A DNA stretch of 64,000 nt, taken from assembly GCA_026391775.1 (NCBI GenBank), contig JAPLDK010000006.1, positions 2,608 to 66,607 of the forward strand, given 5' to 3'. The DNA is from Bacteroidota bacterium. Lineage in GTDB: Bacteria > Bacteroidota > Bacteroidia > Bacteroidales > FEN-979. Positions 50,526-60,564 of the stretch are shown piece after piece. The position numbers were made by a program, and so were the translations under genes. Position 1 is the first letter of the stretch. Each line of letters starts with the position of its first letter. The notes under the pieces are model-generated. The model was given only the letters and a program-made list of their open reading frames with translations. It had not been told where the DNA came from and made no database searches.

Positions 50526-53228
50526 ATGATAAATAACAGTGAGTTTAAGATTCTCGTGGTTGACGATGAACCCGACCAGCTTAAAATCACTGAACACCTG
50601 TTGAGAAAAGAACACTATGCCGTAAAAACGGCTCAAAACGGGATGGAATGTCTCCATACAATCCGCATGGATAAGCCTGACCTGCTTATGCTGGATGTTG
50701 TTATGCCTGATATGAGCGGTATAGACATTTGCATGATAATTAAAAGTGATCCTGCATTATCTTCTGTTTACATTATTCTTCTTTCAGGTTTAAAGATACA
50801 AACGGATCAGATAGCTGAAGGTTTGGAGACCGGAGCAGACGGGTACATAATTAAACCGTACAAAAGAAGGGAGTTGCTTGCAAGGATTGAAGCGGCTCAT
50901 CGGACTATCAGTGCAGAAAAAAAACTCCGCATTCTCCAAACCAGGACTGATGTCATTTTGTCGGAAATGCCAGACATCATTATGGAAGTGAACAGGAACA
51001 AGGTTTACACATGGGCCAACCATGCTGGTTACCAGTTTTTCGGAGATGATGTGATCGGGAAAGAAGCTGCATTTTATTTTGAAGAGGATCAAAAAACATA
51101 TGAAATCGTCGATCCTCTTTTTTATGGCGCTGATGATATTTTCTATGTGGAAAGCTGGCAAAAGCGGAAGGATGGAGAGAAGCGTCTGCTTGCATGGAGA
51201 TGCCGGGTACTGAAAGACGAAAACGGTAAAGTCGTGGGTGCACTCTCTTCTGCAAGGGATATAACCCAGGCAAAGCAAGCCGAGTTGGCCATGATGGAAA
51301 GCGAAGAACGGTTCCGTTCACTGGTTAAACTGGCTCCTATCCCATTGTGCTTCGTCAACCGGGAAGGCGTCCTGAGTTATTTCAATGATCGCTTTATTCG
51401 AACTTTTGGCTATACTTCGGCCGATATTCCAACCTTAAGAGAATGGTGGAAACTGGCATATCCTGACGAGGGTTACAGGCGATGGGTCGTGGAAACCTGG
51501 GAGAAGGCCGTGGCAAAGGCAGCAAGGGAAGGTATAGATATCGAGCCTGTCGAGTACAATGTGACCTGTAAAAACGGGATAGTGCGCGTTATGGAGATCT
51601 CAGGGATAACCATCGGAGAAAATTTCCTGGCCAGCTTCATCGACCTTACCGGGCACAAGAAGGCCGAATATGCACTGCGTGAAAATGAACATATGCTAAG
51701 GGAGTCTCAGGAAGTTGCCCGTTTGGGAAGTTACATTTGGGATTTGTCCGAAGATTTATGGACAAGCTCAAAAATCCTGGATGATATCTTTGGCATAGAT
51801 GAAAAATACATCCGTTCCCTTAAAGGATGGACGGCATTGATTCATCCCGACTGGCAAGATACAATGCATAATTATGTTGTAGATGAAATTTTAGGGAAAC
51901 TTAAAAGATTTGATAAGGAATATAAAATCATTAACAAAAAAAATGGTAAGGAATACTGGGTACACGGCTTGGGTCGACTTGAATTAGACCAGGATAACAA
52001 ACCCTTAAAATTAATCGGCACCATAACCGATATTTCCAAACGCAAGCAGGTGGAAGTAGAACTGCTTAAAGCTAAGAACAAAGCGGAGGAGAGCGACCGT
52101 CTCAAATCTGTCTTCCTTGCAAATATGTCGCATGAGATCCGCACTCCAATGAACGCCATTGTTGGTTTTGCAGGCATGCTGTCTGATCCGGAACTTTCTG
52201 AAGATGACCGTAACCGGTTTTCGGGGATCATCCAGTCCCGTTCGGATGACCTGATGCATATTATCAACGATCTGCTGGAGATTTCCAGGATCGAATCCGG
52301 GAATGCTACTTTTGTAAAACAAAAAGTCTTCCTGAACTCTGTCCTTGACGAGATGGAGGAAGTGTTCAGGCAGAAGCTTGAAAGAAGCAACAAAACCAAT
52401 ATTCGGCTTGTAGCCGAAAAAGCAATGTTCGACACTGATTCAAACATTGTTACCGATGGGCTTATTCTCAGGCAGGTGCTATCCAATCTCATCGATAATG
52501 CTGTCAAGTATACCGAATCCGGGTCGGTCAGGTTTGGATACAATACACCAGTAAACGGGACAATTACATTTTATGTAGCCGACACCGGTATCGGTATCTC
52601 ACAAGAGAACCATCATGTCATTTTTGAACATTTCCGTCAGGCTGAATCACAGGATCAGCAAAAATACGGAGGCACCGGACTGGGTCTCTCAATATGCAAA
52701 GGGTCTCTTGCCCTTCTCGGTGGCGAGATCTGGGTGGAATCCAGCCCGGGAAATGGCAGCACTTTCTTTTTCAGGCTCCCCTTTGAACCCGATAAAGAGA
52801 AAAACCAGTCCACCGGATCAGTCCTGGATAAGCAAACCGTTAGAGCCACATATAACTGGTCTGGTAAAAAAATCCTGCTGGTCGAGGACGAACAAACGAA
52901 TATGGATTTCCTACAGATCATTCTTGGCCGTACCAATGCTGAATTGATTCCAATATATAATGGCAGTCAGCTGAAAGCCATGTATGATAATCTGGATTCC
53001 TTTGATCTCGTTCTGCTTGATATCAGGCTTCCTGACGCCAACGGTTGGGACCTGGCTAAAGAGATCAAATCGATTAGGCCTGGATTAAAAATTGTCGCCC
53101 AAACTGCATATGCCATGTCGACAGACCGTAAAAAAAGTGAGGAGGCCGGTTGCGACGGGTATATCTCCAAACCGATAAGAAAAAATGAGTTGTACCAGAT
53201 TCTTGATAAATTTATGCTCCGTTCATGA
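50526..53228 (+). CDS. Hybrid sensor histidine kinase: REC - PAS x3 - HisKA - HATPase_c - REC
   Basis: N-terminal receiver (KILVVDDE ... LLMLDVVMPDMSG ... IIKP), PAS repeats, H-box MSHEIRTPMNAI, G-boxes DTGIGI / GGTGLGLSI, and a C-terminal receiver (ILLVEDE ... LLDIRLPDANG ... ISKP). GTG 50520 is an alternative start. Confidence 0.9.
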   Translation: MINNSEFKILVVDDEPDQLKITEHLLRKEHYAVKTAQNGMECLHTIRMDKPDLLMLDVVMPDMSGIDICMIIKSDPALSSVYIILLSGLKIQTDQIAEGLETGADGYIIKPYKRRELLARIEAAHRTISAEKKLRILQTRTDVILSEMPDIIMEVNRNKVYTWANHAGYQFFGDDVIGKEAAFYFEEDQKTYEIVDPLFYGADDIFYVESWQKRKDGEKRLLAWRCRVLKDENGKVVGALSSARDITQAKQAELAMMESEERFRSLVKLAPIPLCFVNREGVLSYFNDRFIRTFGYTSADIPTLREWWKLAYPDEGYRRWVVETWEKAVAKAAREGIDIEPVEYNVTCKNGIVRVMEISGITIGENFLASFIDLTGHKKAEYALRENEHMLRESQEVARLGSYIWDLSEDLWTSSKILDDIFGIDEKYIRSLKGWTALIHPDWQDTMHNYVVDEILGKLKRFDKEYKIINKKNGKEYWVHGLGRLELDQDNKPLKLIGTITDISKRKQVEVELLKAKNKAEESDRLKSVFLANMSHEIRTPMNAIVGFAGMLSDPELSEDDRNRFSGIIQSRSDDLMHIINDLLEISRIESGNATFVKQKVFLNSVLDEMEEVFRQKLERSNKTNIRLVAEKAMFDTDSNIVTDGLILRQVLSNLIDNAVKYTESGSVRFGYNTPVNGTITFYVADTGIGISQENHHVIFEHFRQAESQDQQKYGGTGLGLSICKGSLALLGGEIWVESSPGNGSTFFFRLPFEPDKEKNQSTGSVLDKQTVRATYNWSGKKILLVEDEQTNMDFLQIILGRTNAELIPIYNGSQLKAMYDNLDSFDLVLLDIRLPDANGWDLAKEIKSIRPGLKIVAQTAYAMSTDRKKSEEAGCDGYISKPIRKNELYQILDKFMLRS

Positions 53229-55240
53229 TCAGGCCTTCCCCTTATCAAACCACACAGGGTCTCCGTAGAGTGATTGCCTTATCAGGTGGGTTAACCATAT
53301 TAACTGGCTCAATTGCTCTTGGGGTATGGATATATGGAGCAGGCAACCTCACCAGTATGTCTCCGGAATATATCCCGATGGCCGTATCAACCGGTATTTT
53401 AGCCAGCATATTCGGACTGATTTTCTTATCCGGAGCTTATCAGGTGTCTGGAAAAATATACAGATTTGGGACAATTGCTGTGGTTTGCCTGGTATCATTG
53501 TATGCTTTTTTAAAATTCATTGAATATTTCCTGAAGGCAGACCTAACATTCGATTCCTTTGTTTTTCCTATCCAAAACAGGCTTGGAAGGTATGCTGTTA
53601 ACCGTATATCACCCATTGCCGGTTTGTTATTCTTCCTTTGCGGCCTTGCTACACTGATCAGGATTTCAGGAAAGGGTCATGTTTTTGGGGTAAATCTTGT
53701 AAGCGGAATTGGCGCTATAATCTTGTTTTCAGGTTTTACCGGTTTGATTGGCTACCTTGTTGAGACTCCCTTATTCTACGGAGGCGATATAACACCGGTC
53801 TCCTTACCAACTACATTTGTTTTCCTGGTTTTGGGTTGCGGGCTAGTGGCAATGGGAGGAAATGAGAGCTTTTTATTGCGACAATTCACTGGGGATTTTG
53901 CCAGTGCCAGGATTTTACGGGCAATTCTTCCTCTTATCGTCCTTGCAATGCTGGCTGATGACGTTTTGAGAGCTTTATTATCTCATATCACGTCAATAAA
54001 CATGGTTGCCGCATCAGCTGTTATTGCATTATTGCTGATTCCTGTCACGGTATGGATTGTAATGAAAATTTCACAGCAGATCTTCCAAAAAGCCGAAAAG
54101 GCGGAAGATTCGCGCAGAAAAGCTGAAGCATCACTTAAAGAAAGTGAAAAGCGCAACAGTATCCTCCTTGAGAACCTGGGTGAAGGCATTGGCCTGGTTG
54201 ACCCGGAGGAGCGCTTTGTTTTTGCGAACCCTGCAGCTGAAAGAATTTTTGGTGTTCCTACTGGTACACTGATAGGATATAATCTTAAAGATTTTCTTCT
54301 CCCTGATCAGCTTTCAAAAGTATTACAGGAAACGGAAAAACGGACCCAGGCCGAACCATCTACCTACGAAGTCGATATTATTACACCCGACAATCAAATC
54401 CACAATCTACTCGTCACAGCAACCCCACAGGTGAACAGTGATGGAGCGTTTACAGGAACATTTGGGGTTTTCCGCGACATCACAGCAAGGAAAAAAGTGG
54501 ATTCCGAACTTGAAAAATTCACTATAGCATTGCAGCAATCCAATGCCACAAAGGATAAGTTTTTTTCCATCATTGCCCATGACCTGAAAGGCCCTTTCAA
54601 TTCGATCCTCGGACTTACAAATCTGTTAATTAATGACTATGAGACTTTTGAGGAAAAAGAAATAGAGCATACCTTAAATACGATCAGAAAGTCCTCCGAG
54701 AAAGCCTTTGAGTTACTTGAGAACCTGCTTGTTTGGGCAAATTCACAAACCGGGCAAATCATATTCAATCCGCAGGAGTTCAATCTCACGAATACTATGG
54801 ATGAAAATATCGCACTTCTTGAGGTCCAGGCTGCACGAAAAAAAATTCGTATTGTCGCAAACTGTCCACCGGAATGTATTGCATTCGGTGACAAGCAAAT
54901 GATTCAAACAGTGTTACGTAACCTGATGTCGAATGCCATTAAATTTACACATCCCGGCGGAGAAGTGGGAATAGCTCTTATCCTACATAACAACCACCAT
55001 GAAATTTCGGTAAAAGATACAGGGGTTGGTATTGCTCCAAAAGAGATTCAAAAACTTTTCAAAATTGAAAGCAAGTATAGTACCAGCGGCACATCCAACG
55101 AGAAAGGAACCGGCCTGGGATTGATCCTCTGCAAGGAATTTGTAGAAAAACACGGAGGCAGGATCTGGGTAGACAGTGATGTAGGCCTTGGAAGTAAATT
55201 TAGTTTTACTATCCCAAGGGTAAATGATAATACAAATTAA
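53225..55240 (+). CDS. Membrane sensor histidine kinase (multi-TM N-domain - PAS - HisKA - HATPase_c)
   Basis: About 8 TM helices in the first 300 aa, then PAS. H-box IIAHDLKGPFNSI, then NLMSNAIKFT, DTGVGI, GTGLGLILC. The start overlaps the upstream stop by 4 nt. Confidence 0.9.
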   Translation: MIRPSPYQTTQGLRRVIALSGGLTILTGSIALGVWIYGAGNLTSMSPEYIPMAVSTGILASIFGLIFLSGAYQVSGKIYRFGTIAVVCLVSLYAFLKFIEYFLKADLTFDSFVFPIQNRLGRYAVNRISPIAGLLFFLCGLATLIRISGKGHVFGVNLVSGIGAIILFSGFTGLIGYLVETPLFYGGDITPVSLPTTFVFLVLGCGLVAMGGNESFLLRQFTGDFASARILRAILPLIVLAMLADDVLRALLSHITSINMVAASAVIALLLIPVTVWIVMKISQQIFQKAEKAEDSRRKAEASLKESEKRNSILLENLGEGIGLVDPEERFVFANPAAERIFGVPTGTLIGYNLKDFLLPDQLSKVLQETEKRTQAEPSTYEVDIITPDNQIHNLLVTATPQVNSDGAFTGTFGVFRDITARKKVDSELEKFTIALQQSNATKDKFFSIIAHDLKGPFNSILGLTNLLINDYETFEEKEIEHTLNTIRKSSEKAFELLENLLVWANSQTGQIIFNPQEFNLTNTMDENIALLEVQAARKKIRIVANCPPECIAFGDKQMIQTVLRNLMSNAIKFTHPGGEVGIALILHNNHHEISVKDTGVGIAPKEIQKLFKIESKYSTSGTSNEKGTGLGLILCKEFVEKHGGRIWVDSDVGLGSKFSFTIPRVNDNTN

Positions 55241-55271
55241 CAACCCATTAATGCAACAAACTTGCAGGTAA

Positions 55272-57254
55272 ATGATTCATCCCATGGGAAATACTGCCAA
55301 TGAATTGTTTTTATTGAACACCAGCCTGTCTCAGCTAAGAAACGCCGGGCAGGTAATTCAGCTGTTCATTGAAAGTATTAAAACAATCTTTCCCAATAAA
55401 ATATTAAGCTGGCATCCCGAAAAAGACAACCCACCTCACCCTAATTTCCCTGTCTGTTCGCGAAACAGGACATATGGATTTATACACTTTGACAAATCCA
55501 TGCAAAAGGACCAGGAATCTTACGTTTTGTTACAGATCGCTGCCCAAACACTTGCTGTCCTGCTTGAAAAACTTTCGCTTGAAGAATCTCTCCTGATTCA
55601 GAAAATCCATCTTCAGCAATTGATTGATGAAAAAGCCAGTGAGAATGCTGCATTGAATGAAGAGTACCAGGCGATGAACGAAGAGTTGATGGAAGGGAAC
55701 AGAAACCTGCTACAAATCAACGATCAGCTTGCGTTGGAAATACAGGAGCGCCGGAAAGCGGAAGAATTGCAACAGGCAACCCTTCAACGTCTCAACACCC
55801 ATATCTCAAGTATCTATGCGGGGGTTATTGCCGTTTCCAAAGAGAACCAGGTTGAAATTGTTAACCAGGCCTTCTGCGATCTTTTCAACCTGCCTGAACC
55901 ACCTGCCTTTTACATCGGGTTAGCCTCTGAGGAAATGATAGAAAAGGTACTTTGTGCCTACGCAGATCCTGCTGATACCCTTGCCCGGATGCAGAAGATA
56001 ATTGCTGAAGGGCATCCTGTGAGGGGTGAGGAACTAGCGATGCAGGACGGACGCTATTGCCTTGTTGACTTCATCCCGATAATTGTTAATGATAGAAAAT
56101 GTGGTCACCTCTGGCATCATCAGGACATTACCAACCGTAAAAAAACTGAGGAGGCATTGCGTGAATCCAACGAATACCTGGAGAATCTGTTCAACTATGC
56201 AAATGCGCCAATCATAGTTTGGGATCCTCAATTCCATATTACACGGTTTAACCATGCATTTGAATATCTTACCGGACTAAAAGAAGCCGAAGTAATCGGG
56301 AAATCGCTTGAGATGCTTTTTCCGCCGGAGCTTGCCTTACAATCCATGATTCTTATCCGCAAGACTTTGACCGGCGAACGATGGGAAACAGTCGAGATCA
56401 AAATTCAGCACGAGGACGGTTCTGTAAAGACCGTCTTATGGAATTCGGCTACCTTGTTTGGTTCCGACGGTAAAACCCCTGTTGCCACTATAGCCCAGGG
56501 CCATGACATTACTAAACGCAAAAAAGCGGAAGAAGAAATCAACCTAAAAAACGAGGAACTTCAAAAAATAAATTTAGAAAAAGATAAATTTTTTTCCATT
56601 CTTGCCCATGACCTTCGAAGCCCCTTCAGCGCCTTCCTTGGGTTTACTCAACTGATGGCCGAAGAATTGCCCACCATGACACTCGACCAGATCCAGAAGA
56701 TTGCCATAAACATGAGGAAATCGGCCACTAACCTTTATAATCTGCTGAACAACCTCCTGGAATGGTCCCGTTTACAAAGAGGTGCCACGAGTTTCAAGCC
56801 TGAATCGTTCATGTTGTTGCCAAGCATAACCGAATGCCTCGAATCGGTCAAGGAAAATGCAGTAAAAAAAGGAATAGAAATTATTACAGATATTCCTGAG
56901 GATTTGAACATCATTGCTGATGTCAATATGATGCAGACTATCATCCGTAACCTTGTCTCAAATGCTGTAAAATATACAAACAAAGGAGGAAAGGTAGAAA
57001 TTACAGTCAAAGTCAACACTGTGGGATCGCTGGAACTTTGCATAAAGGATAGCGGTATTGGCATGACAAAAGATATGATCAGCCATCTTTTCAGCCTTGA
57101 TCAGAATATCAACCGCCAAGGGACGGAAGGAGAGCCCAGCACCGGACTTGGATTGATAATCTGCAAGGAATTTGTGGAGAAGCATGGCGGGAAAATCCGG
57201 GTCGTAAGCGAAGAAGGCAAAGGGAGTATTTTTTGTTTTACTATTCCAACTTGA
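55272..57254 (+). CDS. Cytoplasmic PAS sensor histidine kinase
   Basis: No TM helix. Coiled coil and two PAS-like regions. H-box ILAHDLRSPFSAF, then NLVSNAVKYT, DSGIGM, STGLGLIICKEF. Confidence 0.9.
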   Translation: MIHPMGNTANELFLLNTSLSQLRNAGQVIQLFIESIKTIFPNKILSWHPEKDNPPHPNFPVCSRNRTYGFIHFDKSMQKDQESYVLLQIAAQTLAVLLEKLSLEESLLIQKIHLQQLIDEKASENAALNEEYQAMNEELMEGNRNLLQINDQLALEIQERRKAEELQQATLQRLNTHISSIYAGVIAVSKENQVEIVNQAFCDLFNLPEPPAFYIGLASEEMIEKVLCAYADPADTLARMQKIIAEGHPVRGEELAMQDGRYCLVDFIPIIVNDRKCGHLWHHQDITNRKKTEEALRESNEYLENLFNYANAPIIVWDPQFHITRFNHAFEYLTGLKEAEVIGKSLEMLFPPELALQSMILIRKTLTGERWETVEIKIQHEDGSVKTVLWNSATLFGSDGKTPVATIAQGHDITKRKKAEEEINLKNEELQKINLEKDKFFSILAHDLRSPFSAFLGFTQLMAEELPTMTLDQIQKIAINMRKSATNLYNLLNNLLEWSRLQRGATSFKPESFMLLPSITECLESVKENAVKKGIEIITDIPEDLNIIADVNMMQTIIRNLVSNAVKYTNKGGKVEITVKVNTVGSLELCIKDSGIGMTKDMISHLFSLDQNINRQGTEGEPSTGLGLIICKEFVEKHGGKIRVVSEEGKGSIFCFTIPT

Positions 57255-57312
57255 CTGAATTAACCTTTTTTCCTTATTTAATTATTTGCACTTTATTTTC
57301 AAGGAGGTTTGC

Positions 57313-59565
57313 ATGTCTTTAAAAAAATTATTTATACTCCTTTTCGGGATTCAATTTATCCTGATTATCGGGTTGGGGATAATGACTCTGCGTTTGTTCC
57401 GGAATGAGGAGGAACTTAGCAGGAGTCGTGATGTTCGTTTTCACTCCTGGCAGCTTTCGGATGAACTTCGTCAAAGTTCAGATGATCTCACACGGATGGC
57501 CCGGACCTATGCAGCGACCGGCAATCCGGAATATGAGCGCCAATACTGGACTGTGCTCGGTATCAGGAACGGTAAATGTCCCCGTCCGTTAAACTACAAC
57601 CAGATCTACTGGGATTTTGTTATTGCACCGGGGCAAAAACCCCGCGAAGACGGAGAAGCCATATCCCTGCATGATCTGATGATCAGGGAAGGGTTCACAA
57701 CTGCAGAATTTAATAAATTGACCGAAGCACAGAAGAATTCAGATGAACTGGTCAATGTTGAAAGAATTGCCATGAATGCGGTCAAAGGATTGTATGCTGA
57801 TAATAACGGAAATTTCACTGTGAAGAAAAAACCGGACCGGGAGTTGGCGATCAGATTGATGAATGATAAGGCTTATCACATAACCAAAGCCAACATCATG
57901 AAACCCATCGATGAATTCTATGTCATGTTTATCAAGCGGACAACCCTTGATGTAGTCACGAATGAACGGCACTCAAAGAATTTACTAGTAGGCATCATAA
58001 CGCTTATTCTCCTTATTATGGGCATCTTCGCATTTTCATTCGTTATGATCCTGCGACAGATTGGAATGCGTGAGCAGGCGGAAGATACGCTTCGTGAAAG
58101 TGAAGCACGTTTTCGGGATATTATTTTTAGTTCCTCTGATTGGATCTGGGAAATTGACCAACATTGGAATTATTGTTATTCTTCAGCAAATATTGACAAA
58201 ATATTAGGTTATTCTGTAAATGAGATTCTTGGCAAATCACCATTTGATTTAATGACCGGGGAAGAGAAAGAACATTCGGGGCCTTATTTTCAAAACATAG
58301 TTAAAACCAAAGGAGTAATTAAAGATTTAGAGAATTGGAATTTACATAAAGACGGACATAAGGTCTGCCTTTTGACCAATGGCTTTCCTATAATTGATAA
58401 AACCGGAAGGTTAACCGGATTCAGAGGAGTCGATAAAGATATTACCGGTCGAAAACTGTCGGAGGAAGCCTTACTTGAGAGTGAAGAGAAATACCGTGAC
58501 CTGATTGAAACGATGACGGATGGCGTGTATAGAAGTAGTCATGAGGGAAAATTTCTGGAAGTTAATCAGGCAATGGTTAATATTCTCGGATATGACAGCA
58601 GGGAAGAACTTAAGGCCATAGACATCAAATCACAATTGTATTTTGCTGAAGAAGACCGTGAAAGTGCAGCTTTGGAAGAGAAACTTGAAGAAATGGCAGT
58701 TTTTCGTCTCCGGAAAAAAGATGGCTCTGAAATCTGGGTGGAAGATCATGGCAGGCATGTACTTAATGACATAGGGGCTATCCTGTACCATGAGGGGACT
58801 TTGAGGGACGTAACGGAACGTAAAAAGGCAGAGGATGAGATAACCCTTAAAAATGAACAACTTCAACTCATCAATGCCGAAAAAGACAAGTTTTTCTCCA
58901 TCATTGCTCATGATCTCCGAAGTCCGTTCAGTTCATTGCTTGGCTTTTCGCAAATGTTGGTCGAAGAATTACCTGCCCTTAAACCGGAAGAAATTCAAAA
59001 GATTGCCCAGAGTATTAGGAGAACGACCACTAACCTTTATAGTCTGTTGGTAAATCTTTTAGAGTGGTCGCGACTGCAGCGGGATATGATCAGCTTCAAC
59101 CCGGAATCCTTTCCATTGAGGCATAAAATAACTGAGACGATGGAGTTACTTATGGAATCGGCCAATAAAAAGAAAATTTCAGTCAGTTATGATATCCCGG
59201 CCGATTTGGAGCTATATGCAGACACAACAATGTTTGAAGCCATTATACGAAATTTAGCTTCTAATGCTATAAAATTCACGCGTGAAAACGGGGAAGTCTC
59301 CATCATTGCAAAGTCAGCACCCGACCTTTCGGTTAAAATTTCCGTCTCAGATACAGGTATCGGAATGAACCAGGAAATGATTTCCAATCTGTTCCGGCTT
59401 GACGAGAAAACAAACCGTAAAGGCACCGACCATGAACCAAGCACAGGATTAGGCTTGATCATTTGCAGGGAATTTATTGAAAAACACAGTGGGGAATTAC
59501 GGATTGAGAGCCAGGAGGAAAAGGGAAGTACAATAACAATCACCTTCCCGCCACATTACAGGTAA
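57313..59565 (+). CDS. Membrane sensor histidine kinase (TM - ~200-aa extracytoplasmic helical domain - TM - PAS x2 - HisKA - HATPase_c)
   Basis: MSLKKLFILLFGIQFILIIGLGIM (TM1) and LLVGIITLILLIMGIFAFSFVMIL (TM2). H-box IIAHDLRSPFSSL. An AAGGAGG at 57301-57307 lies 5 nt before the ATG, a canonical SD that is unusual for Bacteroidota. The longest ORF starts at TTG 57286. Confidence 0.9.
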   Translation: MSLKKLFILLFGIQFILIIGLGIMTLRLFRNEEELSRSRDVRFHSWQLSDELRQSSDDLTRMARTYAATGNPEYERQYWTVLGIRNGKCPRPLNYNQIYWDFVIAPGQKPREDGEAISLHDLMIREGFTTAEFNKLTEAQKNSDELVNVERIAMNAVKGLYADNNGNFTVKKKPDRELAIRLMNDKAYHITKANIMKPIDEFYVMFIKRTTLDVVTNERHSKNLLVGIITLILLIMGIFAFSFVMILRQIGMREQAEDTLRESEARFRDIIFSSSDWIWEIDQHWNYCYSSANIDKILGYSVNEILGKSPFDLMTGEEKEHSGPYFQNIVKTKGVIKDLENWNLHKDGHKVCLLTNGFPIIDKTGRLTGFRGVDKDITGRKLSEEALLESEEKYRDLIETMTDGVYRSSHEGKFLEVNQAMVNILGYDSREELKAIDIKSQLYFAEEDRESAALEEKLEEMAVFRLRKKDGSEIWVEDHGRHVLNDIGAILYHEGTLRDVTERKKAEDEITLKNEQLQLINAEKDKFFSIIAHDLRSPFSSLLGFSQMLVEELPALKPEEIQKIAQSIRRTTTNLYSLLVNLLEWSRLQRDMISFNPESFPLRHKITETMELLMESANKKKISVSYDIPADLELYADTTMFEAIIRNLASNAIKFTRENGEVSIIAKSAPDLSVKISVSDTGIGMNQEMISNLFRLDEKTNRKGTDHEPSTGLGLIICREFIEKHSGELRIESQEEKGSTITITFPPHYR

Positions 59566-59586
59566 AGTTGAAATAATTTTCAAAAA

Positions 59587-60564
59587 ATGAAGAACGAAAG
59601 TAAATTACGTCATTGCCTGTTTTCAGGTGTTTTTATGATCCTGCTTTTAAGCGCATTCACTCTTCCCGGCTGTCACCGCCAACCGCCTGTTTTAAGAGTT
59701 GCTACAAACCTGTGGCCGGGTTATGAAATGCTGTATCTTGCCAGGAACCTGGGATATTATAATGAACTGCCTGTTCGACTTGTAGAAGTCCCTTCTACAA
59801 GCCAGGTAACAAGAAACTTAAGGAATGGCACACTGGAAGTGGGCTGTCTTACTCTCGATGAGGCGTTAACCCTTCTTCAGGACAAGATTGACCTGCGGGT
59901 CATACTGGTAATGGATGAATCTTGTGGCGGAGATGTGCTGATGGCAAAACCGGATATAGACGGTCTGAAGGGATTGCGTGGCAAACGCATAGGTTTTGAA
60001 AATTCAACTGTAAGCGCGGTCCTTCTTGATGCGGCATTGGTAGAAGCAGGGTTACAGATCAATGAAATCAAGCAGGTTCCTATGTCTGTAGACGAACAAT
60101 TCCAGGGTTATATGACCGATAAGGCTGATGCAGTGGCAACTTATGAACCTGTGCGAAGTCAGCTTCTCCGGAAAGGGGCAAAAATACTTTTCAGCAGCGC
60201 CCAGATACCGGGAAGGATCATTGATATACTTGTCGTCCGTGCTGAAGTTATAGACAAATATTCAGAAGAACTGACAGCTCTGCTTGATGGCTACTTCAGG
60301 GCGCTGGAATACTTCGAAAAACATCCTTTGGATGCTGCCAAACAAATGGAGAAGAGGCTTGGCAGGGATCCGTTGACACAGTTCAAAGGACTTCATATTC
60401 CAAGCCTGAATGAAAATTATCATTACCTGAGAGGAGATTCGGCCCGTCTTTTAAAGTCTTCCCAAAATCTATTGGAAGTAATGTTGAAACGTAAGTTGCT
60501 GCGGCATAGTTTCTCATTCGGTAACCTGGCAGAACCAAAATTTCTTCCAAACCAAAAACCATGA
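59587..60564 (+). CDS. Periplasmic substrate-binding lipoprotein, NMT1/SsuA (NitT/TauT)-like
   Basis: Lipobox LSAFTLPGC. LRVATNLWPGYEMLYLA ... GKRIGFENSTVS is the type-2 PBP pattern of the nitrate/sulfonate/taurine family. No ABC permease or ATPase gene is nearby. Confidence 0.65.
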   Translation: MKNESKLRHCLFSGVFMILLLSAFTLPGCHRQPPVLRVATNLWPGYEMLYLARNLGYYNELPVRLVEVPSTSQVTRNLRNGTLEVGCLTLDEALTLLQDKIDLRVILVMDESCGGDVLMAKPDIDGLKGLRGKRIGFENSTVSAVLLDAALVEAGLQINEIKQVPMSVDEQFQGYMTDKADAVATYEPVRSQLLRKGAKILFSSAQIPGRIIDILVVRAEVIDKYSEELTALLDGYFRALEYFEKHPLDAAKQMEKRLGRDPLTQFKGLHIPSLNENYHYLRGDSARLLKSSQNLLEVMLKRKLLRHSFSFGNLAEPKFLPNQKP

